Made by a program: the position numbers and the translations under genes | DNA from: a virus | Lineage: Duplodnaviria > Caudoviricetes | Direction: 5' to 3' (one strand) | Virus record (IMG/VR): IMGVR_UViG_3300037780_000034 | Span: 224,001-288,000 of that record | DNA length: 64,000 nt | Notes under the pieces: generated by a model | Seen by the model: the letters and a program-made list of their open reading frames with translations, nothing else | Told to the model about the DNA's origin: nothing | Database searches by the model: none | Shown here: positions 51,202 to 61,059 of the stretch, one piece after another | Layout: the number at the start of each line of letters is the position of its first letter | Numbering within the stretch: position 1 is the stretch's first letter

Positions 51202-52451
51202 TGTCACTAATTTTTCCAAGTTCTCCGAATACAGGCGATACTCATATAACAAATGGGTCTGAATATATTTTTGATGGTGTTAAATGGAAACCAAATTTAG
51301 TCAAGTATGGATATAATGGAGTAATTGTTCCAAATATAAGTAATACTTCTACTATAGATTTAAGTAGTGGCAATTTTTTTAATTTAGATGTATCAGAACA
51401 AACTAATATTGTATTTTCAAATCCGCCAAGTTCATTAAATGCTCAAAAGTTTTATGTAAAGTTGGGCGTAAGTTCTGGATACGAAGACATAGTTAATGTT
51501 GGGTTTGATTTAGAAAATGCAAGTTATGATAACGCAAGCTTTAGTGTTTCATCCCAAGAATCAGACCCTTATGACATTGTTTTTAAACCCGATGGAACAA
51601 AAATGTATATTATTGGTTTGAGTAATGATAGAGTATTTCAATATACTTTATCTACACCTTGGGACATATCTACTACAAGTTATGATAATGTAAGTTTTAG
51701 TATTTCCTCTCAAGAATCAATTCCTGTAGGTTTGTTTTTCAAAAGCGACGGAACAAAAATGTATGTATTGGGAGCAGTTTCAGCAAATATATATCAATAC
51801 ACCCTTTCTACTCCTTGGGATATAGCTACAGCTAGTTATGATACCGTAAGTTTTAATGTTTCCGGCCAAGATGCATCACATAGAGGAATATTTTTTAAAA
51901 GTGATGGAACTAAAATGTATACTAATGGGTTAGGAAATGACAACATATACCAATATACACTTTCAACTCCTTGGGATATATCTACGGCATCTTATGAGAC
52001 TTTTAAAAGTGTAGGAAGTGAGGATGGGCAACCAATTGAGTTATTTTTCAGCACAGACGGAACAAAAATGCAAATTGTTGGACTCACAAACGATATAATA
52101 TACTCATATACATTATCTACTCCTTGGGATGTTTCTACCGCAACATATGATGGAATATCAAATAGTCTTTCTATATCTGCACAAGAACCAAATACATATG
52201 GAATGTTTTTTGATACTGATGGTGCTAAAATGTATATTGTTGGATTTACCAATAAAACTGTATTTCAATATACAACTGGGGGAACATCTACTTCAAACAC
52301 ACCAGTTATAAGTTGGCCAAATACAGTTTTATGGGAAACTGGTTCATCACCAACATTGCCATCGTTAGGGCAGACAGATTTACTTGAATTTTATTCAGAC
52401 AGCAATGGCACTATATATTATGGAAAACAATCAGAGGATAACATATCATAA
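51201..52451 (+). CDS. Paralogous propeller-repeat fibre protein
   Basis: Same five-repeat architecture and the same N- and C-terminal caps as the preceding gene. Confidence 0.65.
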   Translation: MSLIFPSSPNTGDTHITNGSEYIFDGVKWKPNLVKYGYNGVIVPNISNTSTIDLSSGNFFNLDVSEQTNIVFSNPPSSLNAQKFYVKLGVSSGYEDIVNVGFDLENASYDNASFSVSSQESDPYDIVFKPDGTKMYIIGLSNDRVFQYTLSTPWDISTTSYDNVSFSISSQESIPVGLFFKSDGTKMYVLGAVSANIYQYTLSTPWDIATASYDTVSFNVSGQDASHRGIFFKSDGTKMYTNGLGNDNIYQYTLSTPWDISTASYETFKSVGSEDGQPIELFFSTDGTKMQIVGLTNDIIYSYTLSTPWDVSTATYDGISNSLSISAQEPNTYGMFFDTDGAKMYIVGFTNKTVFQYTTGGTSTSNTPVISWPNTVLWETGSSPTLPSLGQTDLLEFYSDSNGTIYYGKQSEDNIS

Positions 52452-52870
52452 TGACAACATTTCCAACTTCTCCGAATATTGGAGACACATTTTCAGTTAA
52501 CGGAATTACATATGAATGGGATGGTATCAAATGGGATATTATATCTGGATCAATAATTTCTAATATAGTTCAGTCAAACAATGGTTCTGTAGATTTAAGC
52601 AAAGGCAAATTTCATAAGATAACTATTGATGAAACAAACGCTAACACTACAGTAAGTTTTTCTAATATTCCAAGTGGAAGTTCACGATGGGTTACAAGAA
52701 TTTTTATTGATATACCTGCACCAACAATAACTTGGCCAAACAACATAATTTGGGAACAAAATATACCACCAAGTTTATCATTAAACCAATCGCTACTTAT
52801 TGAATTTTATACGAATGATGGTGGAACTACTATATATGGAATAGAACAATTTAACTATTCTTCTATATAA
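52451..52870 (+). CDS. Third paralogue lacking the propeller insert
   Basis: FPTSPNIGD...WDGIKW, VDLSKG and PTITWPNNIIW...LIEFYTNDGG segments are joined directly. Confidence 0.6.
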   Translation: MTTFPTSPNIGDTFSVNGITYEWDGIKWDIISGSIISNIVQSNNGSVDLSKGKFHKITIDETNANTTVSFSNIPSGSSRWVTRIFIDIPAPTITWPNNIIWEQNIPPSLSLNQSLLIEFYTNDGGTTIYGIEQFNYSSI

Positions 52871-52873
52871 ATA
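52866..52873 (+). promoter_or_regulatory. T4-type late promoter TATAAATA
   Basis: Exact motif 29 bp upstream of ATG 52902. Confidence 0.5.
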
Positions 52874-52901
52874 CATATAATGACTAAACAGGAGATTTAA
52901 A

Positions 52902-53417
52902 ATGTTTGTAAAAACAGATAATGAAAATAACATAGTAGCATATCCATATACTCTTGATATGTTCAGAGAAGAAAATAAAAATGTAAGTTTACCAAAATTT
53001 CTTAACAACAGATTTTTGGCATCGCAAAATGTATTTCCAGTATATGATGCACCAAAACCAAATTATGATGTTGTAACTCAATTTATAATAAGAGAAGATA
53101 CGCCAGCTTTTAATGAACAAGATGGATGGATAATTAATTGGATTGTAAACGATAAAACACAAGATCAAATAGACAATGATACAAATGTAAAAGCAACCGA
53201 AGTTAGAAAAATACGTGATAAATTATTGTCAGATTGTGATTGGGTTACTATTCGTGCAACTGATTTAGGAACTGCAGTTTCAGAAGATTGGGCCGCATAT
53301 CGTCAATCATTGCGTGACGTATCAAATCAAGAAACATTTCCTTGGAATGTAATTTGGCCAACTGACCCAACTGGATTTACATATGGTGAAATCACATCAC
53401 CATTGGATAATTTATAA
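52902..53417 (+). CDS. Tail fibre assembly chaperone
   Basis: VRKIRDKLLSDCDWVTI...WAAYRQSLRDV...FPWNVIWP is the typical chaperone C-terminal motif. Confidence 0.8.
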   Translation: MFVKTDNENNIVAYPYTLDMFREENKNVSLPKFLNNRFLASQNVFPVYDAPKPNYDVVTQFIIREDTPAFNEQDGWIINWIVNDKTQDQIDNDTNVKATEVRKIRDKLLSDCDWVTIRATDLGTAVSEDWAAYRQSLRDVSNQETFPWNVIWPTDPTGFTYGEITSPLDNL

Positions 53418-53425
53418 TATAAATA
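53418..53425 (+). promoter_or_regulatory. T4-type late promoter TATAAATA
   Basis: Exact motif 26 bp upstream of ATG 53451. Confidence 0.5.
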
Positions 53426-53450
53426 TATACATATATGGTTGGGAAATAAG

Positions 53451-54797
53451 ATGAGTATACATTACGGAAAACGATTAACTGGTAATATTGCATATAACTA
53501 TCAAAGAATATTAGATAAGAAATATTCCGGCATAATCAATATACCCGTTACTCCATTTAATGTATACAGTGATGTTACTGCAACTACTATTGCTACATAT
53601 GGACAGCCTGTTGCTGCTATACGTGATCATAAAAATGCCATAGTTGCTACACAATCTACAATATCATCAAGACCTATATTTGGAAGACATCCTGAAGCTG
53701 GTATAAGAAATATTTTACTTTCAAACACAAGTGATATTACAGAAGGAGAAGGATGGAATTTTTCTTTTAGAATTACAAGACAAGATACTGTGGATACAGT
53801 AATAGGTGAACCTGCAACTATAGTGACTGCATCTGAAACCAATGTAAATGGCGGGGCATTAGTTTCTTCTCCTATAACCCTTGATGCTGGAACTTACACA
53901 TTATCTGCGTATGTTTCTGGAACAGGATGGATTAAAATTCGTTCAAGCGTTAATAGTGATTTTACTGACGCTGCTTTTGCTTGGTTTAATTTAGGAACAG
54001 GAGAGTTGGGCAATAGTGGTCGCGGAACTGGATTAGTATATACAAATAACACAAGTTCAATAACTCCTGTTGGAAATGGATATAGAATAAGTATAACATT
54101 TACTACAGGAGAAACAGCAAGCATATCTAATAGATTTTATATAGTAGATGGAAATGGGTCTTTATCTGTAACACAGGGAGCAAGCTTTAAAATAGAAGCA
54201 CCGCAACTTGAAGTTGGTTCTATATCAAACTATCAAAAAAGAATTAGTGCATTTGATATTACTGAAAAATTCAACAGGTCTGCTTATTATCTATATGTTG
54301 ATGGTGTAGATGATTTTATGAGTTTGCAAAATTCTTTTGCTCCTATAGCAGGATATACCATAGTGGCAGCGCACGATATGTATCCTGAACCAGAAAATAT
54401 AACATTTGATAGCACAAAAGGTATTATTTTTGGAAACGAAATAACTACACAAATTAAATTTTATCGTGGTAGTAGAACTAGAATTAATCTTGATCGCGTA
54501 TCTGCAACAGAAAGAATAAGTGCACAAACCGATTCAATACCAGGAAAGGTAGTAGATTTTGTTTCTATTATAAGTGGAACTGAAAGAACATTTAGCAGAA
54601 ATGGAAAATTAGTCACAAATTATCCTGCATTGGATGGAACTGTTATCGGAATTGAATTTGATACGCTGTTTCGTTCAGCAAGCTTATACGGAGTCGGACG
54701 ATTTTATGGCGGATTATTAATTCCATCTTCAGTAAATGAAGATGAAAGATTAATTTTACAAACGCAATATGGATTAAAATGCGGAATAGATTTATAA
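53451..54797 (+). CDS. Putative carbohydrate-binding fibre/spike protein
   Basis: TYTLSAYV...NGYRISITF...APQLEVG jelly-roll segment and a YLYVDGVDDFM motif. The start was moved from GTG 53439 to ATG 53451. Confidence 0.5.
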   Translation: MSIHYGKRLTGNIAYNYQRILDKKYSGIINIPVTPFNVYSDVTATTIATYGQPVAAIRDHKNAIVATQSTISSRPIFGRHPEAGIRNILLSNTSDITEGEGWNFSFRITRQDTVDTVIGEPATIVTASETNVNGGALVSSPITLDAGTYTLSAYVSGTGWIKIRSSVNSDFTDAAFAWFNLGTGELGNSGRGTGLVYTNNTSSITPVGNGYRISITFTTGETASISNRFYIVDGNGSLSVTQGASFKIEAPQLEVGSISNYQKRISAFDITEKFNRSAYYLYVDGVDDFMSLQNSFAPIAGYTIVAAHDMYPEPENITFDSTKGIIFGNEITTQIKFYRGSRTRINLDRVSATERISAQTDSIPGKVVDFVSIISGTERTFSRNGKLVTNYPALDGTVIGIEFDTLFRSASLYGVGRFYGGLLIPSSVNEDERLILQTQYGLKCGIDL

Positions 54798-54807
54798 AGG
54801 TTTAACT

Positions 54808-55218
54808 ATGAAAAGAGTATCTATGATTGTTTCAAGTCAATATGTTGCAGAAGCAAGACAATTAGCAGTTTTATTAAAATTTACTGACATTCCTGAAAAT
54901 ATTTTTATAGCTGAACTTTCTGAAACTGGAAGTTATCCTGTAACTCATTATGGATTAAGCACACTATGGACTAGTGATGCAGCAAATGCACTTGTTCCAA
55001 AAGAATATGACACAGAAAATAATACGGAAATTATTTTGCCATCAGATATAGATAAATTAATAGAAATATATAATTTACCAGTCAACATAAAAACACAATT
55101 AGAAACATTGATAAGTAATATTTCTATTATAGTTGATGATTTATCTATTGATCCGCAAAAACAATTTGAAAAAAATATGCAAATAGTTGGTGTAACACGA
55201 ATTGCAAACATTGAATAA
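54808..55218 (+). CDS. Hypothetical protein
   Basis: 136-aa ORF with an AAGG RBS. No family recognised. Confidence 0.55.
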   Translation: MKRVSMIVSSQYVAEARQLAVLLKFTDIPENIFIAELSETGSYPVTHYGLSTLWTSDAANALVPKEYDTENNTEIILPSDIDKLIEIYNLPVNIKTQLETLISNISIIVDDLSIDPQKQFEKNMQIVGVTRIANIE

Positions 55219-55258
55219 ATAATATAATAACACCATAAGAGGGGATAGTGGAACTGAA

Positions 55259-56245
55259 ATGGAAAACAAATTTAAAGTAAAAAATGGCGTAGAAACACAA
55301 AATGTAAAGTTTGTTTCTCCTGATAAATTCTCAAACATAGAAACAAGTATGCTTGATAATGCTACATTAGAATTTAATGGCAGCGTAAATGGTAATTTGT
55401 TTTCAATAAAAGATTCATTTGAAGGGACTATATTTAGTGTAAACAACAGCGAAGGATTTCCATCTGTAGAAATAGATAATGATGGAACTATACTTTTAGC
55501 AGAATTAAACGGAAATGTAGGAGTTGGCGTAGATAATCCTACTGAAAAATTTGAAGTTTTAGGAACAGTTAAATCAACTAATATTGAAATTACTGGATTT
55601 TTAAAAGCAAATGGTGTTATAGGATCAAGTGGTCAAGTTTTAACAAGTGACGGTGAAAAGGCATTTTGGTCAACTGAAGTAGGTTTTACAGGTAGTCAAG
55701 GTATACAAGGTGATATAGGGTTTACAGGTAGTCAAGGATTGTCACAACAAACATTTATAAGTGATACTCCGCCATCACCAGCAGAAAATGGAGAACTATG
55801 GTTTGACACAACTGATACAACTCTAAACTTATATTATGACGATGGTGATAGTCAACAGTGGATTACAACAAGTGGTCCTCGTGGAGAACTTGGATATACA
55901 GGCAGTAAGGGAGATAATGGAGACACAGGGGTAGTAATTGAACAAATAACAGAAGTAACAAGTTCAAGAACTTTAATTTTGTCAGATAGCAATGATATGG
56001 TGTTTGCAAACAGTTCATCCAATTTAACACTTACAATACCAAATGATACTACAACAGATTTTCCAATTGCAACAACAATTCACTTTGCAAGAAATGGAAC
56101 AGGAACAGTTACTATAGATAGTGAAGCTGGTGTTACTGTTAGAATAAGAAACGGATTTACAAATACATTGGCAGTTCAATATTCAATTGCAAGTGCTACA
56201 AAAGTTGCAGCAAATACTTGGTATCTATATGGAGACTTGACATAA
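55259..56245 (+). CDS. Fibre-like protein with short collagen-like repeats
   Basis: NVGVGVDNPTEKFEV shaft motif, GFTGSQGIQGDIGFTGSQG, PSPAENGELWFD and a C-terminal GTGTVTI...QYSIASATKVAANTWYLYG domain. Confidence 0.65.
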   Translation: MENKFKVKNGVETQNVKFVSPDKFSNIETSMLDNATLEFNGSVNGNLFSIKDSFEGTIFSVNNSEGFPSVEIDNDGTILLAELNGNVGVGVDNPTEKFEVLGTVKSTNIEITGFLKANGVIGSSGQVLTSDGEKAFWSTEVGFTGSQGIQGDIGFTGSQGLSQQTFISDTPPSPAENGELWFDTTDTTLNLYYDDGDSQQWITTSGPRGELGYTGSKGDNGDTGVVIEQITEVTSSRTLILSDSNDMVFANSSSNLTLTIPNDTTTDFPIATTIHFARNGTGTVTIDSEAGVTVRIRNGFTNTLAVQYSIASATKVAANTWYLYGDLT

Positions 56246-57039
56246 TGTTAATTAGTATGCCTTCTAATATAGGTAAAAAATGTAGAGCTACTGGGGGAAC
56301 TGTTGGAACAGCTACTATAGGCGGACTTCAATATATAGTGCATACCTTTTTATCTTCTGCTACTTTTAATGCTTCAAAAAGAGGAAATGTAGATTCATTT
56401 ATTATTAGTGGTGGTGGAGCAGGAGGATTTACTGATGGAACTTACGGTGGCGGTGGTGGCGGTGGTGGCGGAATATCCGAAAATTTAGATGTATTTGTAG
56501 CTACTTCAACAAATAGTATACTAGTTGGAGCAGGCGGAAATAGCAGAACAACACCAGGAAATGGATTTTTAGGAGGAACTTCTTCCGGGTTTGGAATTTC
56601 AGTCGGTGGGGGCGCTGGCGGAAAAGGCGGGACTACTGGTGGTAATGGATTGAGCGGGGCGTGTGGTAGTGGCGCTGGTGCTTCAGGTTCTACCGCAAGA
56701 ACAGGAGGCACAGGTTTAATAGGTTTCAACGGCGGAAATACTATAGTTGCTGCAAACGGTGGTGGCGGCGGTGGCGGTGGAATGGGTTCTAATGGTTCAA
56801 ACGGTGGTACTACTGCAGGTGGTTCAGGGGGCACTGGTATTTCTAAAAATTATGATGGAAGTAATAGAGGTTATTGCAGCGGGGGAGCAGGATCAAGGGG
56901 TCAAACCGTCAATACAAGCGGTTCAGATGCCACCAATGGATTAGGAAACGGCGGTGGAGCAGGCGGTGGCATTGCTGGACAAGGTGCAGTTTCCGGAAAA
57001 GGTGGGTCAGGTAGAATTGTAGTGAGGTATCTGTTATGA
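56245..57039 (+). CDS. Glycine-rich domain virion protein
   Basis: ATGG...YIVHTFLSS...IISGGGAGG...GSGRIVVRY glycine-rich phage domain. The likely start is ATG 56245, coupled to the upstream TAA. Confidence 0.7.
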   Translation: MLISMPSNIGKKCRATGGTVGTATIGGLQYIVHTFLSSATFNASKRGNVDSFIISGGGAGGFTDGTYGGGGGGGGGISENLDVFVATSTNSILVGAGGNSRTTPGNGFLGGTSSGFGISVGGGAGGKGGTTGGNGLSGACGSGAGASGSTARTGGTGLIGFNGGNTIVAANGGGGGGGGMGSNGSNGGTTAGGSGGTGISKNYDGSNRGYCSGGAGSRGQTVNTSGSDATNGLGNGGGAGGGIAGQGAVSGKGGSGRIVVRYLL

Positions 57040-57332
57040 TTTATCAAGCAAAAATAGAAGATGGCATAGTAACAAACGTAATAGTAGCTGAAGATGATTT
57101 TGCATCTACTTTAGAAGGGACTTGGATTAGTTGCACGCAAGAAACTCTGCCAGGAATAGGTTTCACCTACAATGAAATTGAAGGATTTAGACCCCAAAAG
57201 CCTTATGATAGTTGGATTTATAACGAAAATATTTCAGATTGGGAAGCACCAGTTCCACATCCAAATGATGGAAATATTTATGAGTGGGATGAAGTAAATC
57301 TACTTTGGAAAATGATTTTTATGAAAGTATAA
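57036..57332 (+). CDS. Small partner protein of the glycine-rich domain
   Basis: AKIEDGIVTNVIVA...PGIGFTY...FRPQKPYDSW...WEAPVPHP...YEWDE motif, commonly found after such Gly-rich genes. Confidence 0.6.
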   Translation: MIYQAKIEDGIVTNVIVAEDDFASTLEGTWISCTQETLPGIGFTYNEIEGFRPQKPYDSWIYNENISDWEAPVPHPNDGNIYEWDEVNLLWKMIFMKV

Positions 57333-57349
57333 CAATACATAAAAAACTG

Positions 57350-57378
57350 TTGACATAACTATTGTTTTTTGCTATTAT
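57350..57378 (+). promoter_or_regulatory. sigma70-type promoter
   Basis: TTGACA-N17-TATTAT upstream of the oxygenase, followed by a GGAG RBS. Confidence 0.7.
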
Positions 57379-57400
57379 ATAAGAAAATTGGAGAACAATA

Positions 57401-57973
57401 ATGAAAGCATTGTGGCAAATGTGGCCGAATCATCTTAACGATGAAACTATAAATGATATTATTTCAGAATGTGGACAATATCCAGTTCAAGATGCAAAGC
57501 TTGGAATTAACAACAATGATGCAGACATTTCTTATCGTAGTAGTCAGATAAGATGGGTTCACGGTAATAACCCAAGTAGTAGATGGATTAAAGATTTAAT
57601 ATTCGATTTTGCACAAACAGCAAATAGAAATGCATTTGGATTTCATATTGATATGATTAACGATATTCAATATACAGAATATCACGGAACAAATGAAGGA
57701 AAATATGAATGGCATTTTGATACATTCTGGGATTCAAACAATCCTTATGATAGAAAAATTTCAGTAGTAATACAATTAACTGATGGATTTAGTGATTATG
57801 AGGGTGGAGTTTTTCAAATTGATCCACAGTTTCCACAACCAGATCAAAATTTACTTAGAACAAAAGGAACAGTATTTGTGTTTCCATCTTTTTTAAGTCA
57901 TCGTGTTACTACAGTAACCAGTGGAACAAGAAAGTCTCTTGTTAGTTGGGTAGAAGGACCAAGTTTTAGATAA
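57401..57973 (+). CDS. 2OG-Fe(II) oxygenase (prolyl-4-hydroxylase/PKHD-like)
   Basis: WHFD (HxD), RKISVVIQL, FPSFLSHRVT (distal His) and RKSLVSW (2OG-binding Arg). Confidence 0.9.
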   Translation: MKALWQMWPNHLNDETINDIISECGQYPVQDAKLGINNNDADISYRSSQIRWVHGNNPSSRWIKDLIFDFAQTANRNAFGFHIDMINDIQYTEYHGTNEGKYEWHFDTFWDSNNPYDRKISVVIQLTDGFSDYEGGVFQIDPQFPQPDQNLLRTKGTVFVFPSFLSHRVTTVTSGTRKSLVSWVEGPSFR

Positions 57974-60585
57974 TGAAAATAGCTATATGCGATAAAATAG
58001 GATTATGCTATGATGGTAACACACTATCAAAACGTGGACTGGGAGGTAGTGAATCTGCTGTCATATTAATGTCAAAAGAGCTAAACAAACTGGGATTTGA
58101 CGTAACAGTTTTCAATAATTGTATTGATGGAACTAATTCTAGTGAAGGTGTATATGATGGTGTTCGTTATATAGATAACACAAATGTCAACAATATTGAT
58201 GAAGTATTTGATATAGTAATTGTCAGTAGAACAGCAGAACCTTTTTTATTCACAGAAAGATATCCCTTCATTGAAAAGGCAAAATTAAAGATATTATGGT
58301 TACACGACACTTTTTGTGAAAAAGATGAACACGTTCAGAATTTACTTTTGTCAAATAAAATAGACTATTTGTTTACTCTTAGTGATTTTCATACAAATTA
58401 TATATTAAACTGTAACCACGGACAAAGAAGAAATTTTGAAGTTTTAAAACATAAAGTATTTCAAACACGAAATGGAGCAGTTAAATATATTGATGAAGTT
58501 GACTTAACTAAAAAAGATAAAAATCATTTTGTATATAATAGTAGTGCTACAAAAGGATTAGTTCCACTTGTAGAGGATGTTTGGCCAAAAATAAAAAAAC
58601 ATATTCCAAATGCAAAATTAACTGTAATTGGTGGTTATTATAGGTTTAGAGAAAATGCAAAGCCGGATGAACAAGAAAAAACCATTAAGAACTTAATAAA
58701 TGATGAAAAATTAAAAGAATTAGATATAACATTTACCGATGTAATACCACAGCCAAAGATAGCAGAGATATTAGCAAATGCAACATTTATGCTATATCCG
58801 GGTGCATTTCCAGAAACATTTGGAATTTCATCATTAGAATCTCTACTATACAATACTCCGATAATAACTACCAAGTTTGGTGCATTGGAAGAAACTGCAA
58901 TAAGTGATGCGTGTTATACTATAGATTTTGCTATAGAACCTAATTCTCTTTTTCCATATATTAACAAAGAAAAACAAATTGAAAAGTTTGTAAAATTAGT
59001 TATAGATGCTTACAATGATAGTTATATATTGCAACAAAAACAAAACTATTGTTCTGTTATAGATGACATATATGGTTGGGATGCAGTTGCATTAGAATGG
59101 AAAAGATTTTTATATAATAAAGTAGGATTATTTTTACCACTTGAAGAATATCGTGTTTCTCGTTTAATAACACAAAAAGTAAACAGAGTGTTTGGCAGAA
59201 CTACAAATATGCCAAATTATAAAGAATATATAAGTTTTAATAGCCAACAAGCTATATTGATAATTTCTCCATTTTATAATGCACAAAATTATGTAAAACA
59301 ATGTATTCAAAGTGTTGCACAACAAGATTACGAAAATTATAAACATATTCTAATAGATGATAATTCTACTGACAATTCTTATGAAATCGCAAAGTCTACT
59401 ATAGAAGCACTTGATCCAGAATTAAGATCAAAATTTATTTTGTTAAAGAATAAACAAAATAATGGAGCAGTATATAATCAAATAAATGCTATAAAAAAAT
59501 ACGGAAGCGATGATGATATTGTTATGTTGCTGGATGGTGATGATTGGTTAATCAATAACAATACAGTATTTCATTTATATAATGATTATTATCATCACGG
59601 AACAGAATTTACTTATGGTAGTTGCTGGAGTTTGGTAGATAGTATACCACTAATTGCACAAGATTATCCAGAAAGTATAAAGAAAAATAAAAGTTATCGT
59701 GAGCATAAATTTAACTGGAATATGCCATATACTCATCTTAGAACTTTTAAAAAATCATTATTGAATGATATACCGGAAAGCGAATTTAAAGACAGTGATG
59801 GAAACTGGTATCGTGCAGGCGGTGATGGTTCTGTATTTTACTCACTTATAGAAAAAGCTAATCCAGAAAATATAGTAGCAATAAAAGAAGTAATATATGT
59901 TTATAATGATGCAAACCCATTAAATGATTATAAAATAAATGGAAAAAAACAAAACGAAACTGCTGAAAAAATATTGAATAAAAATAAAGAAAAAACAATA
60001 CTTATAGCAATACCAACTGCAAAGTATATTGAACCAGAAACATATAAATCAATATACGATTTAGAAGTTCCAGATGGATATAAAACTGAGTTTCAATATT
60101 TCTTCGGTTATACTATTTCACAGGTTCGTAATTTAATTAGTGAATGGGCTAAAAGATATGACTATTTATTGTCAGTAGATAGCGATATTGTATTACCAAA
60201 AGATACATTAACAAAGTTTTTAAAAGCAGATAAAGACATTATAAGTGGATTGTATATTCAAAGAATACCAAACACTCACACGTTGGAAATATATATGGAT
60301 ACTCCAAATGGAGGTCAAAAAAATATACCATATGATTTAGTTAAAAATCGTGGTATAGTTGAAGTAGCAGGATGTGGAATGGGATGTGCACTTATAAAGA
60401 GTAAAGTTTTTCAAACTATTCCTTATCCTCACTTTGAATATCATTCTGCATTAAATCATAAAAATACGATAAGTGAAGATATTGATTTTTGTATGAAAGC
60501 AAGAAAAAAAGGTTTCAAGATATGGGCTGATAGCAGTGTTATATGTGATCATATAGGAAACACAAAATTTATAGTAGATAAGTAA
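57973..60585 (+). CDS. Three-domain glycosyltransferase (GT4-like + GT2-like + GT2-like)
   Basis: GGSE...ETFGISSLE (GT-B EX7E); ISPFYNA...IDDNSTD...LDGDD (GT-A); IAIPT...SVDSD...GCGMGCALIK...SEDIDFC (second GT-A). Coupled to the oxygenase by TAATG. Confidence 0.88.
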   Translation: MKIAICDKIGLCYDGNTLSKRGLGGSESAVILMSKELNKLGFDVTVFNNCIDGTNSSEGVYDGVRYIDNTNVNNIDEVFDIVIVSRTAEPFLFTERYPFIEKAKLKILWLHDTFCEKDEHVQNLLLSNKIDYLFTLSDFHTNYILNCNHGQRRNFEVLKHKVFQTRNGAVKYIDEVDLTKKDKNHFVYNSSATKGLVPLVEDVWPKIKKHIPNAKLTVIGGYYRFRENAKPDEQEKTIKNLINDEKLKELDITFTDVIPQPKIAEILANATFMLYPGAFPETFGISSLESLLYNTPIITTKFGALEETAISDACYTIDFAIEPNSLFPYINKEKQIEKFVKLVIDAYNDSYILQQKQNYCSVIDDIYGWDAVALEWKRFLYNKVGLFLPLEEYRVSRLITQKVNRVFGRTTNMPNYKEYISFNSQQAILIISPFYNAQNYVKQCIQSVAQQDYENYKHILIDDNSTDNSYEIAKSTIEALDPELRSKFILLKNKQNNGAVYNQINAIKKYGSDDDIVMLLDGDDWLINNNTVFHLYNDYYHHGTEFTYGSCWSLVDSIPLIAQDYPESIKKNKSYREHKFNWNMPYTHLRTFKKSLLNDIPESEFKDSDGNWYRAGGDGSVFYSLIEKANPENIVAIKEVIYVYNDANPLNDYKINGKKQNETAEKILNKNKEKTILIAIPTAKYIEPETYKSIYDLEVPDGYKTEFQYFFGYTISQVRNLISEWAKRYDYLLSVDSDIVLPKDTLTKFLKADKDIISGLYIQRIPNTHTLEIYMDTPNGGQKNIPYDLVKNRGIVEVAGCGMGCALIKSKVFQTIPYPHFEYHSALNHKNTISEDIDFCMKARKKGFKIWADSSVICDHIGNTKFIVDK

Positions 60586-61059
60586 TTATCTACTATACTC
60601 AGAAAAAGTTTCAAGCCAACTTTCTTGTTCTGTTAATACTTTAGTTGTATCCAAAATAGTATTAATCTTTTCATTTATTTTTTTATTAAGTAAAACACTC
60701 TTAGCTCCACGGTGCAATGGTCTTGGATAATTTCCAATATTTACCCAAGCATAACCTCCACTTTCGCTGTTTAACTCTGGAATAAATTCTTCATATACTG
60801 TAAGAACATATGCATAATAAATAAAGTTTTTGTCACGACTTACATACTTATGTATTGGATACACTTTTTGAATATTTGGTATGGTTCCTATTTCTTCATT
60901 AAGTTCTCGTAATAATGTTTGAAAAGGAGTTTCGGATTTTTCTTGCTTTCCTCCCCAAAAACTCCAAGTTCCGCCATAAGTAGAACTATCACTTCTTAAT
61001 TGTAAACATAATCTTTTGGTATCCAGAGAAAGAAACACACAACCACTTGCATTAATCAT
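60586..61059 (-). CDS. NUDIX hydrolase
   Basis: Nudix box GGKQEKSETPFQTLLRELNEEIG. The likely start is ATG 61059, with an ATGA overlap on the gp15-like stop. Confidence 0.88.
   Translation of the reverse strand: MINASGCVFLSLDTKRLCLQLRSDSSTYGGTWSFWGGKQEKSETPFQTLLRELNEEIGTIPNIQKVYPIHKYVSRDKNFIYYAYVLTVYEEFIPELNSESGGYAWVNIGNYPRPLHRGAKSVLLNKKINEKINTILDTTKVLTEQESWLETFSEYSR

Noticed and set aside
50270-52280. Repeated tctactccttggga DNA as CRISPR repeats or a DGR template/variable pair
   Set aside because: The repeats are in-frame 156-bp protein repeats with synonymous variation. No reverse transcriptase or adenine-specific mismatch pattern was seen.
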